A stretch of DNA of 64,000 nucleotides from Dendrobates tinctorius (lineage: Eukaryota). The notes beneath the pieces are model-generated. The model was not told where the DNA came from and ran no database searches. It saw nothing but the letters and a program-made list of their open reading frames with translations. The DNA is taken from NCBI RefSeq assembly GCF_039654945.1, contig NW_027361677.1, forward strand, positions 18,042,001 through 18,106,000. Reading direction: 5' to 3'. Below are positions 10,301-19,438 of the stretch, one piece after another. Position 1 is the stretch's first letter, and each line of letters begins with the position of its first letter. The translations under genes were made by a program, and so were the position numbers.

Positions 10301-11207
10301 AAATACCAGTGGACCTGATGAAATGCAAAATTTAAATCTTAAAAGCAACGACCCTATAAAAGCCGCGGAGATGACCGTAACCCATACGAGCAGCCAGGAC
10401 GACGTCTCTGATCTTTCGGAAGAGAAGCCACGTTATTATACCAAGCGCATGGACAGCGATGAGTTCCTCTACAACTACAGTGACCTCAACTTGGCCCAAC
10501 GGCCAATTTTCCCATTACATATGAAGCCAACAAAGTGGGTAGCTCCAGTCTCCGAAGAACCAAACTTTGCCAAACCTGATATTCCTGATGGATCAGCCAA
10601 GATCGAGGGCAGAGACCTTGCCGAGAAGATCATTTATGACCTACAAGGTGACAACATTGACATAACGACTTTTTCGGAACAGCTGGACCTTCCGAAATCT
10701 CTGGTGTCTAATGAGTCTCCTGCTGAAGTCATCGCGCCGACCAAGCAAGAGCGCGTGGTGTCCAAACTAAAGATGCTGAACATGTCCGGAGAGTCGTTGA
10801 CTTACCCTATCGAGGAAACGGCGGCGCCCGGCTCGGCAAAGTTATCTGAAAGCAGCGATCTGGGCAAAATTGAGGTCAAGTGGGCATTCCTGACAACTAA
10901 GGAGGGCACAGAGAGCTTTGCCAGTCCGATGTCCCCATCTTCTGATTTCTCCATGTTGAATATTTCTGGCAACTCACCGATTTGGACTCCAGGTACCGAT
11001 CATAGGCTCCGAGAGCCACCCAACTCCACATACATTCCACCACGGGCACCGGAAACCGAGCGTATGAGATCGCCAAATATCAAAGCAGAGGAACATCACT
11101 TCCAGGTCTCTTCTCCATCCGGAGATGCCCTTCTGGATAATGAGTATAATATACATGAAGATATCAAGGAGGACTACGTGATGATCACCAAAAAGGACCA
11201 AAACTGA
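4005..11207 (+). CDS. SPATA2-family (PUB-like domain) protein, 518 aa, join(4005..4358,10005..11207); likely a third paralog distinct from SPATA2 and SPATA2L
   Basis: The spliced product contains LELICVNLFLFPWRKEIRTLK|KFTGTFVYFIQPV...ILQRVGY...AFDLYLSRIQCE, the SPATA2/Tamozhennic PUB signature. Phase-0 GT-AG intron; 1557 nt with no internal stop. Confidence 0.85.
4372..5260. repeat. 27-bp G/A-rich minisatellite (GGGGAGGCGAAACGAAGGGGAAGCGCT), decaying toward ~5640
   Basis: Visible tandem units starting about 13 nt after the exon 1 donor. Confidence 0.95.
5662..6030. mobile_element. PIF/Harbinger-type MITE
   Basis: TAA|GGGCCCCTTTACATTTAGCGAT ... ATCTCGCTATGTGAGAAGGGGGCT|TAA; 3-bp TAA target duplication; same family as the nest at 39328-40439. 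Confidence 0.8.
6527..7335. repeat. ~90-bp tandem repeat (GAGGTGTTATCAGTCATTGTACAGGAGGAGGAGGTGAGCTGTGACATCACCTATTGTGAATGGTGGATCCTGTGTTATCTACTGTATATA), about 9 units
   Basis: Visible tandem units; the same unit recurs at 15385-15640. Confidence 0.95.
7840..9925. repeat. 18-21-bp pyrimidine-rich minisatellite (TTTCTCTGCAGCTGCTCT variants), ~2.1 kb
   Basis: Visible tandem units ending about 80 nt before the exon 2 acceptor. Confidence 0.95.
10005..11207 (+). CDS. SPATA2-like gene, coding exon 2 (400 codons plus stop)
   Basis: Acceptor ttttgtttttgcag|AAATTTACT; long non-repetitive ORF ending ...EDYVMITKKDQN* (TGA 11205-11207). Confidence 0.9.
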   Translation, partial: KFTGTFVYFIQPVIPEDAIRQILQRVGYSIVSNTEYTIGGRINSEEAKQTAFDLYLSRIQCENMLWRLNEDKSVSVSLLVPGPGHEAKHGSDPTGQTGKNTSGPDEMQNLNLKSNDPIKAAEMTVTHTSSQDDVSDLSEEKPRYYTKRMDSDEFLYNYSDLNLAQRPIFPLHMKPTKWVAPVSEEPNFAKPDIPDGSAKIEGRDLAEKIIYDLQGDNIDITTFSEQLDLPKSLVSNESPAEVIAPTKQERVVSKLKMLNMSGESLTYPIEETAAPGSAKLSESSDLGKIEVKWAFLTTKEGTESFASPMSPSSDFSMLNISGNSPIWTPGTDHRLREPPNSTYIPPRAPETERMRSPNIKAEEHHFQVSSPSGDALLDNEYNIHEDIKEDYVMITKKDQN

Positions 11208-11263
11208 GTCTGATGGACGGGGCTGCGTACTCTGTATGCAGGGAGGTCACCGATGCTGTGCAG

Positions 11264-11282
11264 TAGCGCCACCTAGTGGTGG
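11264..11282 (-). promoter_or_regulatory. CTCF consensus site in the SPATA2-like 3' UTR
   Basis: Reverse strand reads CCACCACTAGGTGGCGCTA, a close match to the CTCF core CCASYAGRKGGCGC. Confidence 0.5.
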
Positions 11283-11579
11283 GTGAAGAAAGAAGTTTTT
11301 TTGCCTTTCCAAGCGAATTCCAGCTCTGAATCAGAATATTGGAGCGCCAATTGTTAGAAATGGTAGCCAAAGCCAAAACTCAGGGTTTTTCTGAAGACAA
11401 CATCATGAGCAGTAGACATTTTATTTTTACCTAAACTTTTTCTTTGCACTTTGTCCAGAATGGAAAGTTATGAAACTTTGCAAATAACATAACTTTTTTG
11501 GGGGATTTGTCTAGTCCTTGAACAAAAAAAAAAAAAAAAATCTGAATTTTCTCCAGTCTATTTAGATGCATTGGATCAG

Positions 11580-12110
11580 ACTGCTTTGGAGTACAGATGA
11601 TGGCAGTGATGTTTCAGCTCAGCACCTGTGTCTCACTAACTGGGGAGAACCTGCGGCAGGAGAGGAGACGGGATCTCACCCATCACTGCCATCATCTGTA
11701 CTCCGAATGAGAACATTCTGATATCAATGCCGCAAATAGACTAGGGAAAAGGTTTGGAAGCCACTTGCAAGTATTTTTTACAGGAATAAAGTGGTTTCTC
11801 ATCTCCTGCTTTTCCCCCAATCTATTTCCTGCATGGATATGAGAACGTACTCATTTGGAGTACAGATGATGGCAGTAATAGGTCAGCTCGTCTCCTCCTC
11901 TGAATGTTCTGATTTTCAGCCGATTCCCAGAGTTAGGCCACATTCACATGCTCAGTATCTGGTCAGTATTTTGCATCAGTATTTGTAAGCCAAGACCAGT
12001 GATACAGGTGCTGAGCTGATCCATCACTGCCATCATCTGTACTCCATAGGAGTACGTCCTGATATCAGTGCAGCTGTGGGCAGAAAATAGTCTGGGGAAA
12101 GTGATTTTTA
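11580..12110. repeat. Two short inverted-repeat cassettes (TGGAGTACAGATGATGGCAGTGAT and its complement), MITE-like, in or near the 3' UTR
   Basis: Arm pairs at ~11585/11682 and ~11850/12023. The second pair is interrupted by a TTA|GGCCACATTCACA Harbinger-like fragment at ~11933. Confidence 0.65.
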
Positions 12111-13272
12111 AAGATTCCATGCTAGACAAAATTAATAAAACTAATATAAAAAGTTTAGCTACTTTTTAAGGTGAATATTTAGATAACCGTAACGATGTAC
12201 TGATGACTGTGAAGCATCATTATGTATGTATCATGATAAATGATCTTTTTCAATGTATATTTGTTTCTTATCCAATCCTGCGAGCTTAAAAAAAAAAAAA
12301 AAACGTTCTAGAAATTCACTAGTATTATACTCCAGAGCTGCATTTATAATTCTGCTTCGTTGGAAACAAACACATTCCTAACAGTTCATCTGAGCTCCTA
12401 TGGCAATACTCGTATATTAGTGACTAATTAGTGACATAGGTTCCCAGATTTAGGCAGTGATGAGAGATTTCAGCTCTGAAGCCTGAAGGATTGCGATTTC
12501 AGCTCTGCAGGAGTATAATGCATTTAGAAAATGATTTACATTTTTTTTTTAAGTGGAATAATTCACTATGTAAATTCTGTAACTGAAGCCTCGTCATAGT
12601 ATAACCTTGTACCCACAGGCGTGTAAGTGCATGGTTAGTGGAGGGAGAACCTTCAACCTACATCAGGGAGGATCTTATGTGTACATAACTGGGTGAAATG
12701 GTTAGTATATATTACTATAACCTTTGCTATGTTTTAATCTCTAGTTTGTTGGGGGTCTTTTTTGGGGGGTGGTTGACTCCTAGAGGGGATAGAATGGCTA
12801 AACTAATGTCGACAAGTTGTCAGATAGAACTTGGACCTATGTACTTCCTTCTCATCAAGGAGTACAAAACGTTTTCAACTTCTTGTTAACCTAATGGGGT
12901 CTATGGAAGGAGACAGATAAGTGACCATGATGCTGCTGGTCCTAAAGGGAAAATAAGGATGAGTAAATATCCCTTTAAAAGAAAAAAGGAACATTTTCAG
13001 TAAATAATACATTAATACAAAAAGGAGGGGAGAGGAGGGGTGTGCAGCTGCAGATTCTCTCTCTAGTCTGCCAGACTGAACAGGGAGAATTGGGGATATA
13101 TCTGAATGATATTGATAAAATTACAGAGGGATTTCGTACAGTGTGGAGAGGCACCATGCACCAAGCTGTCACGGTAGGTGTGGATATATCGGTAGCTGTC
13201 AATCATAAATTAGAACCGCCCACTGGACACCTAAGCTAGAAAACAGATTTAGAGCCATAAACTATAAGTTAT

Positions 13273-14094
13273 TGTCACGATGACCCGTCCTGTGTGACGC
13301 GACCCGCAGGCTGGTAACTAAGACAACAAGACACGGCACATGATACTGTCCTGTGTGACACGGCCCGCAGGCCGGTAACTAAAACAACAAGACACAGGGA
13401 AACAGTTACAACGGTGGGCCCTGCAATAGGGAAAGGGGACATGGAGACCTCCTGCACTCCCCTGAGTCAGTGTCCCTAACGCTCCTAACGTTCCGTACCA
13501 GGCGCCGATCAGGAACCTGTCGTCCTAGCACACCCTACACCTATCCCTTGCTAGGGAGCTGGGTGGCGCAGGCACTGGCCCCACCACTGTACTAATACAC
13601 ACTAAGGAAAAACACAAACAGGGAAACACCACTTAGCTTTACTCTGTTGCACTTGCTCCTGGCAACAGAGTCCACCACCAGAATGCAGCTCTTCTCCTGA
13701 ATCGCTGCCAACAAGCTCTGTCAGGGCCACAAGGAAATCCCCTGACTCCTTCCACACCAGGATAAGACAGTGCTGCAAGGAACGCTCTTCAGCTACTTCC
13801 TCTGCCAAGGATGGTTGAAATGAACACTATCACCAACACTGATTGCAAAACCTGTGACTCTTTTATAGAGAGCCAGAGCAATAATACCTGCATTATAATC
13901 ATGTGCACATAACTAAAGAAACCAAAGTGCAATAATGCTCACCACCACCGGGGGCAAACTTAGAACAAAAGACACCACAGTGCAATAATCCTAATGGCCA
14001 CCGGGGGCAAAAACCAAACTTAAGCACAGCTTAAGAAAAAAAAAAAAGGTTACCTGTGCTTTTTATCAGTCCTGATCCAGCATGGATCATGACA
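13273..14094. mobile_element. Solo LTR (Gypsy-like), 822 bp
   Basis: Termini TGTCACGAT...ATCATGACA; flanks GTTAT/GTTAC (5-bp target duplication with 1 mismatch). Confidence 0.7.
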
Positions 14095-14112
14095 GTTACA
14101 CTGACTCTATAC

Positions 14113-14640
14113 TGTGAGGCAGTGACCGGTGTCATGTGCGAGGGTCACTAGGTGTCCCCCAGGATGAGGACGAAGTCCTATTAGACCCGCTGGAGTGCCT
14201 TGTGTTCACAGCAGGATGCCTGTAAGTCACAGGGCAGAGATAAAAGTGAGCATGGACTTGGACAGGTTATTTGGCCAAGGCATTATTCAGTAAAAACCCG
14301 GCATGGGCTTTTATTTTTGGAGTGATCTACAGGATGGTAGTGGGGCGGGTCGCTCCACTCCACAGGGCCGGGTCTTACAAGTGGCCCTGCAGTATAGGGT
14401 TTTGGGTGTGCCAGTGTTGGTCTTGGAAGCAGACCGAGCAGGAGGCTTGTGCAGAGCGCCCTCTGTGTGAGGCCTGAAGCCTCAGCGTACACAGCGGTGC
14501 TGTCTCTCACGACAGCGGTCCTGGACTGTATGTGATTTTCCCGGCTGCGATCCGGAGGATACAGCGTGCTGTGCACTGTGTGGGTTTTTCTTTTTGGACT
14601 TGCTTGGGTCACTGCCCAGCGTGGACACCGCTGCACTACA
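14113..14640. mobile_element. Solo LTR (Gypsy-like), 528 bp
   Basis: Termini TGT...ACA; perfect 4-bp target duplication ATAC at 14109-14112 and 14641-14644. Confidence 0.7.
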
Positions 14641-15256
14641 ATACCCACAAAAAATATATATCAACCTGCTCAGTGGACCGAGCTCTACAACATGCTGCCG
14701 GTGGCTTAATAACGGGACAGGTTTCCTTTAAGGCCGTAGGTCTGAGACATATCCCATTAACACCCTATTACAGTTTTGCTTTGTGCTTCTGCTGTAAACC
14801 CGCCATCATCACAATACACTTGCAACAAAAATTTAGAACACATTATTTTTTTTTTTTTTTAAATACAGCAACATTGTGCAACATATACAGAAATGAAAAA
14901 AATAATGGCCGGACTAAAACAAGGAATAAATAGCCAGATAAATAAAATACGTTTTACCAAAATGACATATCACTATATTCTCTATACGCTCAGAAGATGC
15001 TGAAGCAAAAAGAGCGACCCCTTGGTCCGCAATAGCACCTCCGAAAGTAGCTGGTCCCCCAAAAATGGTCCGATCTGGGGATCGAGTTAGGTCACCCGTC
15101 ATGGTGACAGGCAGCGGCTGTACTGATGCACCAGGCTGGCAGCTGTGATTGGCTCAGGGATAGGCAGCCTAAAAGGTCAGAAAAATAGCTGCCTCCATAA
15201 TGTGTCCGCGAGAGACATATGGACAGAGTGTGCACGAGAGAGAGGACGTTCTTCCG

Positions 15257-15334
15257 TCAAGCGGCGAGGATCTTCCCGCGATTCTCTTCATAGTGCTGGA
15301 TCATCTCCTCCATGTTCTTATCTGCATCGATCAC
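15257..15334 (-). CDS. TK2: TK2 exon 10 ([25 protein letters not shown])
   Basis: Acceptor ctgatttttag|GTG; TGA at 15259-15257. Confidence 0.93.
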   Translation of the reverse strand: MIDADKNMEEMIQHYEENRGKILAA

Positions 15335-18300
15335 CTAAAAATCAGAAAAGGGAGAATGACACAAGTACTGAGAATGCAAATCTGGGTACAGGAGGAGGAT
15401 GAGGTGAGCTATGATATCACCTATATATTTAATGGTGGATCCTGTGTTATCTACTGTATATAGAGGTGTTATCAGTCATTGTACAGGAGGAGGAGGTGAG
15501 CTGTGACATCGTCTATTGTTAATGGTGGATCCTGTGTTATCTACTGTAAATAGAGGTGTTATCAGTCTGTACAGGAGGAGGAGGTGAGCTGTGACATCAT
15601 CTATTGTAAATGGTGGATGCCTGAGTTATCAGTCACTATAATCCTGTCTGTGATGATAATTAGCCTGCTGAAAATGTATTCATATAGAGCCGGAAGCATG
15701 AGACTAGTATTAGGACCTGTTACATGGATAAGGTTTAAAAGTTGCCATAAGAATTATTAAAAAAAACAATATTTAAAAATATATATCTTCTATGGCTGTT
15801 GCACTATATGGAAATGACCTGAAATACCTGGATTTGGCTCTGAACTTTCATGCATTTCATTTTTAATGCATTTTCAACTGAATATAATTGTACCAAACCC
15901 TCAGCTGTGAGAAGTATTAGGACCATGCAGACTTTCAGACATCTGAACGTGAGCCTGATTTTTCACATTCACTGAAAATCGGAGCTTTTACAAATATGAA
16001 GGAATCAAAATGCAACATAAACTCCAGAACTTCATTATACAATTAGTTTAGATGTCCCAACTTTTTAAAGGTTCGATCCCTCAGGAGGGAGGGGGTGCAA
16101 TATCTCTGCTTGCTTTTCTTTTACTGGAAGCTTCAGTCGGGGTGTAATAAGTAGAAATACTTACGAGTACCGGCGCCGGCACTGGAAACGAGCTCCGATC
16201 AATCAGCCACTCTTCATAGAGGCGGTGGATGGCGCTCAGGTACTCCTGCAAGAGAAAGGCACGTCCGGGGCTGGGACTTGTACTCACATCCTTGTTTAAT
16301 AAGAAGCATCTAATACATGAGCACAAAGGCCCCCGCGGAGCAGCACGACCTAATCCCCGGCCGACTTCTCCCCTGATCCCCATCCGACTACTCTCTCGAT
16401 CCCCGGCCGACTTCTCCCCCGAAACCAGGCCGACTTCTCCCCTGATCCCCATCCGACTACTCTCTCGATCCCCGGCCGACTTCTCCCCCGAAACCAGGCC
16501 GACTTCTCCCCTGATCCCCATCCGACTACTCTCTCGATCCCCGGCCGACTTCTCCCCCGATCCCCATCCGACTACTCTCTCGATCCCCGGCCGACTTCTC
16601 CCCCGATCCCCATCCGACTACTCTCTCGATCCCCGGCCGACTTCTCCCCCGATCCCCATCCGACTACTCTCTCGATCCCCGGCCGACTTCTCCCCCGATC
16701 CCCATCCGACTACTCTCTCGATCCCCGGCCGACTTCTCCCCCGATCCCCATCCGACTACTCTCTCGATCCCCGGCCGACTTCTCCCCCGAAACCAGGCCG
16801 ACTTCTCCCCTGATCCCCATCCGACTACTCTCTCGATCCCCGGCCGACTTCTCCCCCGATCCCCATCCGACTACTCTCTCGATCCCCGGCCGACTACTCT
16901 CTCGATCCCCGGCCGACTTCTCCCCCGATCCCCATCCGACTACTCTCTCGATCCCCGGCCGACTTGTCCCCCGATCCCCATGAGCTCCTGCCATTATTGT
17001 ACAGCATTATTGTCCCCTCTGATCTCCGCTACCTGCTCCATTACTGCTCTCAAACCAAACACTGACCCCTTTCATTCATGGCACTGCGCCGGCTACTTGT
17101 GCTGTAGACGAGACTGTACTGGGCTAATGCCGCAGCAATGGCAAGAGCCGCACAGGACGGATGTGCGCGATATTCTGCAGGGATGTCAATGGTATGAGAC
17201 TGCTGTAAGCTGCACATGACTGATCATTTTAAAAGGCCAATTCAGACGACCGTAATGTGATGCTACCGGGAATTACCGCCGTACAACAGCCACTAAAATG
17301 TGGTTGTCTGAATTAGCCCTTAGAGAAAAAGTCATCTCCTGGTCACAGGATAGGGGATAGCCTACAGATTGCAGGAAGTCAGAAGACTGCTGGGACCCCT
17401 CCACCGTGATAGATCAGGGCTATCCGCTCTGCAGGGACCCATCTTGTCCGCACATGCCCGACCTCTGAATCCGCTCTGCAGAGCCCCATCTTGTCTGCGC
17501 ATGCTCAACCTCTAAATCCGCTCTGCAGAGCCCCATCTTGCCTGCGCATGCGCAACCTCTAAATCTGCTCTGCAGAACCCCATCTTGTCTGCGCCTGCCC
17601 TACAGTGATGATCAAGGGGTTAAAAGACCAGAATCAGAGCCTTCCCCCTATCCTGGACATTGGATCAGAAGCTCAGCAGTCAATGCAGAGGTGGCACAAA
17701 ACACCCACACAAAACTTGCAAGCTGCTGTAAAAAGCCATGCTTGTGGCTATTAAGGGGTTAAACAGACCTTAAACAAAACAAGATAGGTGGTAACTTATT
17801 GATTGCATGAGGTCCGACCCCTGGGGCCTGCACCGGTCGGCAGCGCACATGCCCGACTGCTGCTCAGTTCATTCTCTATGGAGATGCCAAGTGCTGGGCT
17901 ACGTCCAGGAGCCACATGGAGAAGCGGTCAGGCATAATAGTGCCACGTTCTGCTGATAAGTGCGAGTCCTAGCAGTCGGACCCCCACCATTGAATAAGTT
18001 GTCGCTTATCCGCTGGATAGATGATTACTGTACAGCCCCTTTAAGCAATGTGCATGCAATTATGACAAGGCTCTTAGAGGGTCTCACCAGTGGGATAACC
18101 CGCTCTTCCTCTCTGCACCTCATCTTTAGTCTCTGGTAGCACGTTTCAGGGGATGTGCGCAGATAAACTGTGAAAAAAAGTGCACATGACAGTATTATTA
18201 TGCCAAATTTTCCTAAAATCCACCTGAATAGGTGCTGGATTATGAGATATTCCGAATTATCCTCTTGGAAGAATATGAAAAAAAAAACCATTAGGGAAAA

Positions 18301-19389
18301 AAAACTGTATTTCTATTCTTATTTGATTCTCTAAGTTTATATTTTTCTTTTTTTGGGACAATATGTACCAAATTGGCCGCCGTGAGGCTTTACTTACCTA
18401 TCAGATCAACAGAGAGGTCAATATTCTTTGTGATCCAATTAAACCACTCGGTTAACACCACATAATCCACTTCAGGCATCTTCCCACTGCAAAACAGAGG
18501 TGGACGGAGGCGTAACGGAGGCATAACAACTAAGGACCCAATTCATTAATGCATTTATGCCAGAAATTTGGGAAAAAAAAAAAAAAAAGGTCTGATAAAT
18601 CGGGGATTAAACACTTTTATACAAAAAATAAAAAATCTAAGATAAAAACAAAATGAGCAAATACTCTACAGTAAATTAATAAATAAAAAAAAATATCAGA
18701 GGTAAAAGCCATCCCACCACGTCAAGGTGACCCTATTCGGGAAGGTCCTAACCTCCAGTATTAAAACCTTACCATGTATCTAATAACGTAAATGTCAATA
18801 AGGGCCGAGCAGGACCAAGATAGTTGTGCCCCCCTTCTACTTTTTAAAAAGTTACATAACTGTTGTAAAACTTTTTACACCAGTTTAGTAGCTTTTAAAA
18901 AGTTGTAATATAAAACTATTGACTAGATGTAAAGATAAGAAGAAAAATAGAAGCGTGTATTTTAAAAAGTGCCTACTTTGTCAAAGCAGTTTGTTTTAAC
19001 TTTTCCATATAATATGCTAAAGGCATGCTACCCCTTTAAGAAGGGGCTTTTTGTCTTCTTCTTGAGCCTACCTTTTATAAAGGTTTTCCACAAATATGTA
19101 CTTTGCGCTATGGATGGACCTCTCCATCATTTTCACCGGAGCGAGCTGCAAAGGATGACACAAGTATGAGTCGGGGTGATGGCGCACAGGTGGAGTTCCC
19201 CATTACTAAGTAAGTTGCAGACTTCCAAGGGTTAAAACTGGACCTTACAACAGGAGTGACCCCATAACGTGGCCTGGGGAAAATCTAAAATAACCACGTT
19301 TGCCGTAGGGAGTGCAATACTGCAGTATTAGGGATGGTCCGACAGACCCCAAAAATGAAGCAAGACAGCGGTGCTGTTAGAAATGAGTG

Positions 19390-19438
<49 letters not shown>

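Noticed and set aside
4005-11207. Assigning the symbol SPATA2 or SPATA2L
   Set aside because: Family membership is clear, but the synteny, the absent zinc fingers and the divergent tail argue against simple orthology; a phylogeny is needed.
12975-13239. Short ORFs as a small gene between the SPATA2-like gene and TK2
   Set aside because: No splice structure; looks like decayed LINE sequence, too degraded to classify.
11208-15256. Analogy to the human SCA31 (TGGAA)n repeat locus at BEAN1/TK2
   Set aside because: No pentanucleotide array is present, and the local minisatellites are unrelated in sequence.
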